The translations under genes and the position numbers were made by a program. From contig OZ024740.1 in the NCBI GenBank assembly GCA_964016885.1, positions 408,456,001 to 408,520,000 of the forward strand: a stretch of 64,000 bases of DNA. The letters run 5' to 3'. Positions 1-13,196 of this stretch are shown here, one piece after another; position 1 is the stretch's first letter; each line of letters starts with the position of its first letter. Source of the DNA: Eledone cirrhosa (taxonomy: Eukaryota). The notes under the pieces were generated by a model, which was not told where the DNA came from, did no database searches, and saw nothing but the letters and a program-made list of their open reading frames with translations.

Positions 1-147
1 TATCATTCCACTGCAAAGTGGTCGTGGAGGTGCCATGGCAAAAAAGCACCCAGCACTCACTGTAAATGAGGTTGGTGTTAGGAATCAGTTCCCGTCCCAC
101 CCTTGCAAGCAGGGAAAAGCGGACATAAAATGATGATGATGATGATA
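1..147 (+). mobile_element. 3' part of SINE family B with RTE-type tail
   Basis: Reverse complement of part of the copies at 7845-8181 and 13655-13985. Ends CCCTTGCAAGCAGGGAAAAG..AAAA(TGA)n. Confidence 0.85.
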
Positions 148-1214
148 GAGAGAGATAGAGAGAAAGAAAGAGAGAGAGAGATTAATAGAGAGTGTTTAAA
201 ATACTGTAGAATATATATATATATACAAGTGGAACCTTAGTAAAATCGAAGCTTTGGCTGCAGCCAAGCAAAGTCGACCTACAATTAGGAATGAGTAGCA
301 AAGCACTCAATAAGGGTAGGTCCTTAGAGTAACATTACGTTTAGATAGCTTGACAAATTGAAAATTGCGGCAGGCAAAACCCAACCATACAATACCAAAA
401 CGACGAAAAAACTAATCAGGTTAAACAACTGACCTGGACAAATTGAACGATATTCTGCAATACGTCCGATATGTTTCTATGAATCCTAAATCATCAATCC
501 AACTTACGTAACACATAAGCTTGCGGTATATGTATGTACACCATGGTTTTGTTACTTGCACCCATTACACCAGTAATTTGTGGCAGTTTTTAAAACTATT
601 AACTGGTTGTAACCTCATGAATAATAAAGGTAATAAATATTCTACTTTAAATGCTGAATAATGGGAAAATATTTGGAAAATCTTGAAGAACCATATATCA
701 CTGCTTTAATGTGACAAACCAAAATATCATAATTCCACATTTATAAAACTAGTTTTTGTTGTTAACATTTCATTTTTAGATATTGGATTTCAGTATTTTT
801 CTCTCATTAATTCCCCAACTGTGAAATAGGGATGAAACTTACTGATCAGCCATATAGAGTGTAGCAAAAAGAATTATATGGTTCCCAGGGGTACAACACT
901 GTCGCTGCATTTGAACACAAGAATATGCATTCAGTAGTCTAACATATCCAGACCTGGTGTATATGTATATATTTCATGGACACTCAAAAGACTCATTAAT
1001 TAGATGGAACCATTTCATTTATTAATAAGTTGTTTTATATATGATTATTATTCAAATACTACAGATGCAAAATATAAAACCATCAACATGGCATGGGGTG
1101 GTATCATTAAATGGTGTGTGATATAATTCTATATAGGCTTATATTTCCTTCCATGTACACTTTCTAAATTTGCAAGACACTCAATTTTTTCTTTTAAAGT
1201 TGTTTATCCAGTTG

Positions 1215-1378
1215 AGAGGTGGTGAATTGGCAGAGTCATTAGAATGTCAGACAGAATGCTTTGTGGTATTCATTTCAGCTCCTTTCTCTCTCAGTTCAAA
1301 TCTTGCCGAAGTTAACTTTGCCTTTCATCCATTCAAGGTTGATAAAAAAAAAGTACCAGTCTAGTACTGGGGTCCATT
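1215..1378 (+). mobile_element. Diverged tRNA-derived SINE, family A
   Basis: Contains family A motifs GTTCAAATC..GTTAACTTTGCCTTTCATCC..AAAGTACCAGT. Confidence 0.7.
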
Positions 1379-1756
1379 CTTCTTTTATATCTCTTTCTCA
1401 TTTCCTTTCTTTCACTCACTATCTTTCTCTGGAAGAAATCTTCTGTATTCAGATCTGGAGAGGGGTGGGCTCTGTCAGGTTTTAAAATGCCCAAGAATGC
1501 TGTATGTCAATACAGTGCCTCTATGGCTCTAAAAGAGTTACTGGTCCATACATACATCTAGTTCAGAACAGATCCACTGTATTCCTATATGCTCTAAGAG
1601 GCAATTAAAAGAACCTCATGGTGAGTATGAAGTCTGTTATAGGGCCCCACAATGCTAACCCCTGATTTAGCAGGAAAATGATCTTAAAACACTTGTACTC
1701 AATTTTCTTTTTTATGTAAACATATTTTTTGACATTTTTTCTTTTTTTTTTTTTAG

Positions 1757-1925
1757 ATAACAACACTTGTTTTTATGGCAAGTGTTACTACTGCAAGGGG
1801 GAGGAAAGTGGGGTGTGTGCCCAAAAGACCATTCTGGAAGGTACAATTGTTCTCTGGATCTCTCATAAAATGCAACTGAACAGACATCCATGGAGCAGGA
1901 CATACATTGAAAACAAACAAGCTCA
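1757..1925 (+). CDS. FAM20B: FAM20B-like glycosaminoglycan xylosylkinase, internal coding exon (first exon seen in this window)
   Basis: Poly-T tract plus AG at 1755-56; donor GTATGT at 1926. Peptide NNTCFYGKCYYC..EGTIVLW..RHPWSRTY matches the FAM20B motif NNTCFYGKCYYC...RHPWGRTY. Ends in phase 2 (CA|G = Gln). Upstream exons are not in the window. Confidence 0.93.
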
Positions 1926-1935
1926 GTATGTTTAA

Positions 1936-3173
1936 CCCTTTAGCATTCGCATTAATTTTCAAACGTCATGCTATCTGTTCGCATTATTTTCAGTTAATCA
2001 TACTCAAGAGGGTTATCAATTTTAGTTGTTTGTAATTTTCTTAATTTTCTATGTGCAGACTTGATATTTTGTCAGTAGATGTTTAAATATCAATAATTTA
2101 CAATTATATAATTTTACCTGATTTTTTTGGTCAAATTTGACTTTTATGGGCAGGGGAAATTAATTAATAGGGGCATTTGAAGTATCAATCAGGTGCAAAT
2201 ACTGGTTTAATTTTAAATACGTTGTTTCCGGCATAATACTTGATATATAAGAATCACTAAACCTTATATCAGTGTTCCAGTAATTCCACAGTCTTGGAAA
2301 TTGTTTTATACCAAACATACTATTTACGGTAAAAAATGCTTGCATTTCCGCAGCATCTGTCAGTCGCCATAACAGATTGGGTTTTCCTTGATTTGAAATC
2401 TGTTGTTGGGCATATCGATTAATCTCTTCTGCCACAACTTCGAAGAAAGTTTGTGGTAAAAACAAAAAGAAATAATCTAGTGCTTTAGCATTGGGAGCTA
2501 ATGTATGTTGTGGACCAGTATTTTGAATAAAATCGGGAACATATATTGGTGTGGTATTTTTCAACCACATTGCTGTAATATTTTCAATGGCGCCCTGGAG
2601 ACCTTCGTTTTTACTTTCAAAACAACAATCATCGTCGGACGAAATTTCAGAAATATAAACATCAGATTCATTTGAAGATAAATCAATAATATTTGTTTCT
2701 ACTTTAGGCACAAGGCCAGCAATTACCCAGTGCATTACTGGTACTTTATTTTATCTACCCCGTAAGGATGAAAGGCAAAGTCAACCTCGGCGGGATTTGA
2801 ATTCAGATCATAAAGGGACGTAACTATGCTGGAAAGCATGGCGTCCGACCCTTTACCGATACTGCCAATCAATAATATTATCGTTTGTTTGTTGTTTATT
2901 TTGAATGTCGTCATGTGTAAAACTTTAAAAGTTGGTATCGCTACTTTCATAAGCCATGTTGATACAAAAAAAAATTTGTTGCACTTTCAAAGTTAAAAAA
3001 ACACTTGTTGTTTTAAGTTGTTCCACTATATTAAGTGTTAATTTTCGCGGTAAAGGCCTAATCTCGCAGTAGTCTCGAATCGACGAGATTTTGCTGATGG
3101 TTTGTTTATTTTTAGAACGATTTTTTAGTGTGGGTGTTTTCGGGTGATTTCGGGCAGTTTGAACACTAAAGGG
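1936..3173 (-). mobile_element. Internally deleted piggyBac element with transposase N-terminal remnant
   Basis: TTAA on both sides (1932-35, 3174-77). TIRs CCCTTTAGCATTC / GAACACTAAAGGG. Minus-strand peptide 2160-2690 (ALDYFFLFLP..EINRYAQQ..WRLTDAAEMQAF..YLHLID) resembles PGBD (DDE_Tnp_1_7) transposases. Confidence 0.88.
2694..2870 (-). mobile_element. SINE family A inserted into the piggyBac transposase ORF
   Basis: Near-identical to the copy at 11648-11828. Direct repeat AATCAATAATATT at 2681-93 and 2867-79 (target-site duplication). Confidence 0.88.
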
Positions 3174-3640
3174 TTAAACAATTTGACTTCAGTGCAGTTA
3201 TTCTTTTCATATTTAATTAGTTATATAACATAATTTGTGAATAAGAATGTCATTGGTGTACATGTTTCCAGTGGGCCAATCATAGGTTTGCTACATTTCT
3301 GACAAAAATATGATCAAATCTAACTTCATGCAGAACAAATATTTTAAGAGATTTAATATATGATACAATCATTTCTCAAATGTCTTACCAATGTATATAT
3401 CCATTGCTGATATACATCAGTGAAAGACACACATACACTCTCTCTCTCTCTCCCTCTCTCTCTCTATCTCTATCTATCTCTCACACACACACTTTACAGC
3501 CTCTGTCTACTCATAAGTATATGTCAATCAATATTTAGAAAAGTAGGACAGACACTAATCCCTAGCATAGACAATCATGCAGTATAGGGAGAAACTATCC
3601 TCAATAACTCATGTATAAGGACAAAGGAGATACTCTGGAA

Positions 3641-4279
3641 CAGAGGTTCTCAATCTATTTGGGCCACTGCCCCCCCTCATGGCTATGTAATATCCTCAGC
3701 ACCACCCCCAATCCTATCTCTAGAGAGACCTGCCTACACTCAAATTGTAAATAATATATAATAAATAAAATCGTTCATTTATATATAATAAATAATATAT
3801 TGTGCTGGAGAGAAGACTGTGATGGTATGGACATGTGATGCGCATGGAGGATGACCGCTGGGTCCTAAAGTGCCAAGAGATCGCAGTAAAAGGAAGACTC
3901 AGTAGAAGACCACAAAAAACATGGGCGGAAGTGGTGAGAGTGGACCTCAGATCGCTGAAGCTCACGGAGGTGATGACGAAGGACCGTGACAAGTGGAGAG
4001 ATGCTGTGCTGAATAGGACTCGTCCTACCCTTGCAAGCGGGGAAAAGTGAACGTAAAATGATGATGATGATGACGATGATGAATATAATAAATACTATGT
4101 ATAAATAAATATTATGTTTTTTTATTTTACTATATTTATATATAATATGTATCATTTGATATTTAATATACTATTATATTATCTTTACTGCCCTCTTAGG
4201 CCCCAGTGACCCCTGGACCTTCTCAATGCCCCTCCTCCCTGGGAGTAGGGGGGGGTAGCACCCACTTTGGGAATCTTTG
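3641..4279. mobile_element. Non-autonomous hAT-type (Charlie/Buster-like) element
   Basis: Imperfect TIRs CAGAGGTTCTCAA / TTGGGAATCTTTG. 8-bp flanks CTCTGGAA / CTCTAGAA. Confidence 0.65.
3800..4081 (+). mobile_element. 5'-truncated RTE-clade LINE 3' end nested in the hAT element
   Basis: Peptide RRLxWYGHVMRMEDDRWVLKC..GRLSRRPQKTWAEVV..DRDKWR, followed by a (TGA)n tail. Confidence 0.85.
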
Positions 4280-5704
4280 CTCTAGAAAGAAGGAAATATA
4301 GCAACCTCAGGCTGATGGACTAAGTTATGAGAGTAACAGAAAAAGTTATAGCATATCTAATTAAAAAGAAAATTAGTTAAGATGAAATGTGTTCGGGCTT
4401 GTGTTAGTAGTTTAAAGTCTGCCTCAAGCCTAGAGGCTCATCAGGCCAGCACTTCTATGGCATGAAGTGACTGAGAGTACAGGACTTCCCCCTGGACAAG
4501 ATGCCAATTCATTGCAGGGTTAAACCCCCAGCTATTACTGGTACTCTTTTCAGCTGAGTATACTGGAGCAACATGAAATGAATTGTTTTACTCAAGAATA
4601 CATGTAAATCAGCCTAGGAATCAAAGCCACAACATTATGATCATAAGTCCAATACCCTTACCACTAGGCCCTCTTCTTAATGAGATTATGACAGAAATTC
4701 TTAGCTGTGAGCAAGTCACTTTATCTTGCATTTGTCAATCAAGAGAACACCTTCGACAAGGTACCATTCTATGTAGTCTGCTAGTTGTTAAAATAATTAT
4801 GTATAGATTAATGGCTTTTGAAAGTTGTGTGAGCAAGCCATATGCAGAGAGGCTGTTAGCAAGAAATTCAGTAAGGAATTCAGTATGCAAGTAAGTGTCC
4901 ATCAGAGCTCAGTTCTTAGCATCCATATGTTTTTTATTGATCTCCAGAAATTTTTGATTGGTTGTCCATGGGAACTGTATTGTATACTTAACACTAAATT
5001 ATCCAATATGTCTTGTCTTTTCTTTTAAGATGGTAGGATGTCATTTTGGGGAGATTTGGCTACTATTTTTCACAGTTTGAGTGATCATGTAGAAGCTCTC
5101 TTGTTTCTTGATCTAATATTTGTATTATTGAAAATACAATAACTATTTAGAGACAGTCAGATAGTCAGCAGGTGGTGAGATACATTTGTAAATGTAGTGT
5201 TGTTGATGGGTAACAACATTTATTGAATCTAAATTCCCAGCATTTGAATAGGTTTGTTCTAAATGAGTAAATCAATGTTGTCTCCTCCTTCTCTGACATT
5301 GATTAACTTGAGAAATTGACAAAAATTATAAATAACTTCTGTATGGTATACACTATCTGCAGAAAGAAAAACAAACACAGTTCAATGCTGAAACTGTTCT
5401 AAATAAGCAATAATTGTGTGAATTTGAACAAGATAAATTCCAATTATTTTCTGGCAGTCACTTGAGATGATGTCAGATAATATTTGAATGGAGGCACTGC
5501 AGCTACAAATGAGATATGATAGTAATATGTAAATATTCAAATGAAGGACATGATAAAGAAGTGAGGTTATATGAAAAAAAAAATCAAAAATCAAAAGAAG
5601 CCTGCCAGACATGTGATATTGGAAAGAAAAATACCCACAAAATGAGGATTAACTAAACAACAACATTTATTTACCCCATTCTATTAGTAAGTTTCAAGTG
5701 AGCC

Positions 5705-6150
5705 ATCATCATCACTGTTTAACATCCATTTTTCCCCACTAGCATGGGTTAGGCGAGTTGTCCTGTTATGAGATAGGCCAGGTCAGGTGATCATGTCTTG
5801 TTCATACAGAACTGATTTGGGCTTGGTTTATACAGCTGGATGCCCTTCCTAATGCCAACCAAATTTACAGCGAGTACTGGGTGTTTTATGTCATGATACC
5901 CACATGACCACTTTACAGTGTGGGCTGGGTGCTTTTTGTCATGATACCTACATGACCACTTTACAGTGTGGGCTGGGTGCTTTTTGTCATGTCACCTACA
6001 TGACCACTTTACAGTGTGGGATGGGTGCTTTTTTTCATGATACCTACATGATCACTTTACTGTGGGCTGGGTGCTTTTTGTTGTGACACCTACATGACCA
6101 CTTTACAGTCTGGGCTGGGCATGTTTTGTTGTGTCGCCATCACGACCACT
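5705..6150 (-). mobile_element. SINE-B-related element with internal 48-bp tandem repeats
   Basis: (CAT)n tail and the CAGCTGGATGCCCTTCCTAA motif, then about 5 copies of ATGACCACTTTACAGTGTGGGCTGGGTGCTTTTTGTC... Confidence 0.75.
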
Positions 6151-6636
6151 TAACCCTGGTTGAAGGCAATTCCCATAATTCCACATTTCTAATGCCTTTG
6201 TTAATGCTGAATGTCACACACAGTTTGATTCCCCTCCTTTATAAATTTCTTGCCCATTATTTTACCTCTAACATGACTGACCTCTACCAGATCCCTACTA
6301 AATGATTTTCCCCAACATTGACACACCCTACTAAAAACACTTTGCCAAACTTATTTCTAGTCTCATATCTCTACTAAACACTTCCAAAACAACACCTAAT
6401 CTTCAGACCCAGCTAAAATGCTTTGCTTAAATTGCATCTCAGTCCTCATTCTAGACACATTGACTAAATATTCTTCCCCGGAATTACATCATTTGGAATT
6501 AGTCATTAATAACCTGAAACAGTTCAAATTGAACCTGAACCACACAAACCTTCACCCAGCATGTTGGCACTGCTTCTCTTCCTAGATCAAATAAGTAAAA
6601 TATAAAAACAAAAAAGCAAAATAATATAATAATAAT

Positions 6637-7138
6637 GGTTTCTCATTTAGGCACAAGCCAGCAATTTGTAGGTGAGGTGAAAGTCGATTAAATTGACCCC
6701 AGTGTGTTACTAGTATTTTATTTTATCGACCCCGTAAAGATTAAAGACAAAGTTAACCTCGGTGGAATTTGAACTCAGAACGTAAAGGGACATGACTCTA
6801 TGCTGCAAGGCATGGTGTCTGATGCTCTACCGATACTGCCAAATAATAATAATAATAATGGTTTCTGATTTAGGCACAAGGCTAACAATTTGGGGGGAAG
6901 GGAAAATTGATTAAATCAACCCCAGTGCGTGCTTGGTACTTAATTTTATTGACCCCGTAATTATGAAAGGCAAAGTTAGTTTCAGCGGCATTTGAACTCA
7001 GAATATAAAAGACCGCAACTCTATGTCACAAAGCATGTTTCCGGCATATAGTTACGGCCTTTTACGTTCTGAGTTCAAATGCAGCTAATGTTAGCTTTGC
7101 CTTTCATCCTTACGGGGTCAAAATAAAGTAGCAGAAAC
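6637..7138. mobile_element. Cluster of three family A SINEs (two minus, one plus)
   Basis: Family A motifs at ~6637-6842 (-), ~6860-7045 (-) and ~7050-7138 (+). Confidence 0.8.
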
Positions 7139-7844
7139 AACAATGATGATCAGTACAGCCAGAATGAGGCTGCTTGTAAGCCAGATATATTAAGACCATC
7201 AGAATAATCAACCTTATGTTACAGCTCAATACTGTTGTTGAAACAGAGTTTGAACACATCACAGATATCATCATCATCATCGTTTAACATCTATTTTCCA
7301 CGCTAGCATGGATTAGAGAGGTTTGTCCCAATAGAGGCATGTTGGGTCGGGTGACCGTTGTCTTGTTGTTTCTGTCTAGATTTCTACAGCTGGATGCTCT
7401 TCCTAACGCCAACCACATTTACAGTGTGTATAGGGTGCTTTTTGCCATGTCTCCTACATCATTCATTTTTATTTTTACATGATCTTGTAAATTAACATCT
7501 TAAATTCACAGCCACAGTGTCTTGTTTTAAAGCAAAAAACCAATACCATTCAGATTTTTTCATTGCTTGTGTCAAATATAATTACAAACAGCTGCATGCT
7601 TTTCGACTCATTTTCTTGTCAACTTAATTAGCATTAATAACGCATGTAACTACATTGCTATTCTAGTCATAAACTGTTAGTTGCTGTTAACACCAGTTTC
7701 AATGATTGTGTGATATAATTAATATCATCCATGTTGGAATATATTAAATATTAGACACTTATCCACAAAAGAATAAAATTCTACAGATGTTCATATAATA
7801 ATACACATTGTTATGCTGAAGTAGCTAGAGGGTAAAGCATTTTT

Positions 7845-8181
7845 CATCATCATTTCATTTTACATCCACTTTTTCCCTGCTTGCAAGGGTGGGACGGGAA
7901 CTGATTCTGGCTTGATTTCTACAGCTGGATGCCCTTCCTAATACCAACCTCATTTACAGTGAGTGCTGGGTGCTTTTTTGCCGTGGCACCTGCACGACCA
8001 CTTTGCAGTGGAATGATATGGACCCCAGTCTCTATCATCTCATTTCTACAGCTGAGTAAACTGGAGCAATGTGAAATAAAGTGTCTTGCTCAAGGAAACA
8101 ACACATCACCCGGTCTGAGAATTGAACTCACAACCTTTCGATTGCAAGGCCAATGCTCTAACCACTAAGCCATATACCTCC
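7845..8181 (-). mobile_element. Full-length SINE family B (tRNA head, central core, RTE tail)
   Basis: Minus strand starts GGAGG..TGGCTTAGTGGTTAGAGC (A box) ..GAGTTCAATTC (B box), then CCTTGAGCAAGACACT, and ends in an (ATG)n tail. Near-identical copies at 13655 and 15616. Confidence 0.9.
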
Positions 8182-9914
8182 ATGCAATATATGATATAAG
8201 CCATGCGCCTCCAAAGCAATATATGATATTCACACGCGTGTTTTGTTTCTGATAAATGATATTGATATTGTACTATTTGGTGTACAATGATAATGGTTAT
8301 CTTAATGATATTTGTTGCACCGGTCTATACAAAGCTGGTCTATATAACATTATTGATGATATGATACCATGATGGACAGTCTCATAATCTGTTTATTTTT
8401 TATTTAATTAGAGGAGTGGCAATAAAAGTGATATTTTCAGGCTGTTCTAAATTGGGGAAAGTCACCTTGAACTTGTATGAAGAAAATATGTGCAATGAGT
8501 CAATAAGGTAGCCTCCTTGTCATTACTCAAACTACAAGAAATAACAACCAAATTTCCCTCAGATCACACTCGTGTTTAAAAATTAGATACAATGGATAAT
8601 GTAGTCTGGAATACATTATTACTTTAAGAAAAAAACAGGATAACCATGGCTTGATTGCCTTTGGGTAAGTGCTGACATGGGGCTGAACAACTACCACAAC
8701 AATTGTGAAATGGAGGATTTTTAGAGGGTTGATGTTTTGGAGGGTAACCTTTGGATAATATGTTCCAGGAGTGGTGAGTGGCACATGGGGATAACATGAG
8801 ATGTGATGACTAAAACATGTGGACTAGAGTATAGGTGGAACACGTCAAAAGAACATGAACTGTTGTAGAAACAGAAGAGATGTATATAGAGACAAGACAG
8901 CAAATATGTTTGTTAGTAGTTGTAGTGGGTTAGTGAATGAATCTTTACCTTTCAGTCAGATTACTTTCGTGTGAGGTGGTGGTTTGAGATGTTGTTTTTT
9001 TGTGTAGCAGTAACATAATCTTATATATCTATATATGTGAGCAGTACTATAATGATGTCAAGTGCAACATTGATTTTTTTAATTAATTCTGAAGAGAGTT
9101 ACTGTTGAGGTATGTAGAAAATTAGAAGTTTGGTATATCTGGCTCTCCAGAAACCATACTGGTAGTCAGAAAGAGATAGATAGTATTAAAAGAGGTGATC
9201 GTTTATGACTATTTCCTTCATATTTAAGATGTTGGAAGTGAAGGTAAAAGGCCAGTAGTTATTTCAGTCACAGAGAGTTTGCTTTTGGGGAGATGGGGAA
9301 TGCTCTCCTATGTTGTTTTTTTACAGTCAAGAGTGAAGAACTTGGTGAAAATAGAAGCTAGCTTGGAAAAACACTGTCGGTATGGAAGGCATACATCAGT
9401 ACGTGTGGATTAGTTGGGTTGAGGTCACCAGAGAAAACTTTTACAATTGGGAATTGTATACATAGGCTGTAGTTGTGTGTATGGAATTGGAAGCAAAATA
9501 GGCAGCAGAGGTAGTGGTTTTATCTGCAGCACTGCTACATAAAGATACATTTTAACCAAGGAATGGCGGGTAAGAGATTTCTACAAAATTTGCAGAGATA
9601 TATAATTTTGGAGGACATCTGTGTGAGGATAAACATATTATTTTGCTTTCTTGGTGAATGCAATGGTGGGTGAATGTCATCCAGTTGGTAACAGTGGGTG
9701 ACTTTGAAGACTGAGTTCTTAACCTGTATAGCTGCAACATGCAAACTATTTGATGATTTGAGGCACTGTTAGCATAGGTTGTAGTGAGATGCAGAAAGAC
9801 ACATACATGTAATGATAATGCTGAGCCACATATATTGGGAGATAATATAGAAAATATTTCTTTGTCATCATTACCTGTCATCATTGTCTGCTATCATTAT
9901 TGTCATCATTATCA

Positions 9915-10650
9915 CTGATAGTTGCAAACAAAGTCCTTCCCTGGTGAGTAGTGCTCTTCCCAATATAACCTAGTAGTTAGTGACTTCAGTGTTAGAGTCA
10001 TGTAAATTTGAAAACAGAAGGCAATCTGGAAGATAAAGACAGGAATAGTGAGGGAGCCATCAACTACTTGAATGGTAATGAAGAGGAGATAGAGACCTAC
10101 AACATAGAAGAACAGTGGTTTCTAAGGGATGACCTGCTGATGCCACAGACAAGATCTGTGGTTGGAGCAAGGGTCCTAGAAGATAGAAAGTAATATAGTG
10201 GTGGAACAGCATGGTAAACAGCATAATTAGAGATAAGAAACAGGCATGGAATGACTAACAGAATGGGGAAAGCAAAGAATAATAGCAAGGCACTAAGAGA
10301 AGTTAGGCACAAGAAGGAAAGAATTGAGATGAGCATGCTCTGATAGGTGTGAAATGTTGGTGTGCAAGAAAGACAAAGCATCAACAAACTAAGAGAAAAA
10401 CTGAGCATAAGAAGGATTAGATTTATATTAGGGATTAGAAAGAATACTGCTATGGACATGTGATGCATACAAAGAATGTTAGCTGAATAAAAAAGTGTAG
10501 GCCTCTCATAGTTGATGGAAATTGTGGAAGAGGTATAGACTCATGAAAACTTGGGAGAATGTACTGAAAGCTGACCTCATGAAGTAGATGATACAGGATC
10601 AGATCATCTGGAGACATGCTGTACTACAGAAAATGCATCTTTCCCCATGA
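9915..10650 (+). mobile_element. Heavily decayed, internally deleted RTE LINE
   Basis: Segments resemble 14190-14620 (EEIETYNIEE.W.FL..LL) and the 3' end of the RTE at 59466 (INKLREKLSIRRI..WYGHVM-like). Confidence 0.65.
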
Positions 10651-11401
10651 GTGGGATGAAATGCAGGCAAAGAGAAAGAGGTAGACGGACCTGATCCTCC
10701 TGTCCACCTTCCCCACTTCCCAAATGCCACTTGATCCACATTCTTTATAACCTCCACTTCCCTTGTCGAACCCATGACAGCACAGAAAGAAGAAGTGTCC
10801 TTCCTACCCTACTACATACCTAATTCTCAACTCATGGAAAACCAGGCATACCTCACAGTATACTGCTAGAGTCAACTTACTCTCTTCAAGACCACACCCA
10901 AAACCCAATACTTCCTCTCCCATGGCAGTATGATGCTATCTGCTCTCCTATCAATGCCTCCTCAAGAATGGTGCCATAATAAAAAGCACTCAGTCTGCAC
11001 TTTAAGGCAGTAGTACTGGTGCCATGGCAAAAGCACCCAGTACATACTGTAAAGGGATTTGAGTTAGGAAGGGCATCCAACCAGAGAAACCATGCAAAAA
11101 TGGAGTATATGAACAAGACATGGTTACCTGGCTAGTCTAATCACAAAATGTGACAACCCATCAAACCCATACAAGCATGGAAATAGGTGTTAAATGATTA
11201 TGATGAGGATGATGATGATTATCATCATGTTTAGTATGAGTACAATCAACATGGCTACTACTGTATCCCAACCCCCACCATCACCTCTCTAAGGTTCATG
11301 TTTTTACACTTTTCTTTGATAGAATTTCAAATTTTAGATAGTATATATTTTTATTAGTCTTTATCACAATTATAAAGTTGATTTGTAATTTTGAATTCCA
11401 G

Positions 11402-11590
11402 GTGGGAGGTTAATGCTAAATTCTGTGATAAAGTTCTTCAAACTGACATGTACAAACTCGGATTACGGCTTCTGGATATCATCGACACAGCAATGTTTGA
11501 CTATATCATTGGCAATGCTGATCGCCATCATTATGAAACTTTCCATGAATTTCCTGACAGCATGGTGATTATGCTAGACAATGGTAAAAG
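11402..11590 (+). CDS. FAM20B: FAM20B-like kinase exon carrying the catalytic segment
   Basis: Acceptor ttccAG at 11400-01; donor GTAAGT at 11591. Peptide [39 protein letters not shown] contains the FAM20 DRHHYE and DNG/DNA motifs. Phase matches both neighbouring exons. Confidence 0.95.
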
Positions 11591-11647
11591 GTAAGTCATA
11601 CAACTATTTTCCCTGCATCCTTTCTTATTACTGTCTTTCAAAATAAT

Positions 11648-11828
11648 TGTTTCTACTTTAGGCACAAGGCCAGCAATTACCCAGTGCATTACTGGTACTT
11701 TATTTTATCGACCCCGTAAGGATGAAAGGCAAAGTCAACCTCGGCGGGATTTGAACTCAGATTGTAAAGGGACGTAACTATGCTGTAAAGCATGGCGTCC
11801 GACCCTCTACCGATACTTCCAATCCACC
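11648..11828 (-). mobile_element. SINE family A
   Basis: Matches the family consensus closely; tRNA-like B box GAGTTCAAATC on the minus strand. Confidence 0.88.
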
Positions 11829-11885
11829 GTTCAAAATAATGCCTGGCAATTCTCAAAATGTTCATGTAACTGATTTCCTTTAAAG

Positions 11886-11941
11886 CAGCGGTTCCCAACC
11901 TTTTATAATAAATTCCACCTTAATGATATAGCAAAACAGTA

Positions 11942-11981
<40 letters not shown>

Positions 11982-12794
11982 ATTAACATTTTTGATATAA
12001 TTTTTTTTTTTATGTAGAAATAATTTCGGCAAGTCTTTTTATTTCAATCAAATCATTTTAAATTTATTATAAACCCTTTTTCGACAAAAAACATTAAAAT
12101 AAGAACATATTTAATTTCAAAATACAAATTAATGAGATTTCTGATTTCCTTTTAAAAAAAGATTCATCTTTTCCAAGTAGTTCAGGGTGACATTTTGAAC
12201 GATGTAATTTGAGCTTAGAAGGCCTCATAGAGTCATTTCCCAGTACCTTGAAACAAGTTACACATTGAGGCAAATCAATATTGTTCTTTTGCATGCAAAC
12301 AAATCCCATTTGAAGATATGTATCATCATACTTTCTTTTTTTCTGTTTTTCTGACATTGAGAAATTCACTAAAATAGATAAAAAAGAGTTTCTATATCCA
12401 GTTTTAAATGATAAATTTAATAAAATAAATAATGAAAAGTACTTCAAAATAGTCATCAAAGTAATTTTGTCAATGAGAAATTTACTAAAATAAATAATAT
12501 ATATCCTGTTATAAAAATAAGTTTCTTTACTAAGTTTATTTACTAAAACATAAATTGTTATATCCAGATTTAAATAATTATCAAGTGAAGTAAAATCATA
12601 ATTAGCAAAGGTAGAAAGTTGACAAAAAGTTGAATATTAAAAATTTGAAGCAAGAAAAAGAAAAAAATTATGTTAGGAAACTACTCTTATTTTTTATGTA
12701 TGAAAGTTTGTGATTTTTAGTTAATTCTCGTGGCTCCCCCAATAACTTGCTATGGGCCACTGGTGGACCATGGCCCCATGGATGGGAACCAATG
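11886..12794 (-). mobile_element. Internally deleted hAT (Buster/Charlie) transposon with BED zinc-finger remnant
   Basis: Perfect 8-bp TSD CTTTAAAG (NNNTANNN type) at 11878-85 and 12795-802. TIRs CAGCGGTTCCCAAC / GATGGGAACCAATG. Peptide KRKYDDTYLQMGF..PQCVTCFKVLGNDSMRPSKLKLH..HPEL..K..FFKRK is ZBED5/8-like. Confidence 0.92.
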
Positions 12795-13078
12795 CTTTAA
12801 AGAGTGCTTTTTATAGCAGAAAGATCAGTTGACCTGCTCTAAGTGTCACAAAAGACTTAAGTGAATAATGGAGCCTCTATATGAGTGCTTGACTAGAAAT
12901 AGCAGCCAAATTTCTCTCAAATTATACCATATTTAAAAAAGGAAAGAAAAGTCACATTGGATAATGCAGATCGAGATATGATTGGAATGTCTTTGATCAG
13001 AGGACTTTTTGGTTAATCTTAACAACAATTTGACATTATACTGGAATAGCTTAGGAATAACAGACACTCTTACTTCAC

Positions 13079-13196
<118 letters not shown>

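Noticed and set aside
4430-4670. TCATCAG (antisense CTGATGA) at ~4439, also at ~35948
   Set aside because: No properly placed GAAA or stems; part of an old SINE-like repeat.
8760-9900. Decayed LINE endonuclease-like region (a similar compositional block lies at ~28950-29700)
   Set aside because: Composition suggests an old LINE, but no motif could be read with confidence.
11944-11979. 36-bp poly-C run as a functional G-quadruplex element
   Set aside because: Homopolymer expansion inside a dead hAT element; its length may also be a sequencing artefact.
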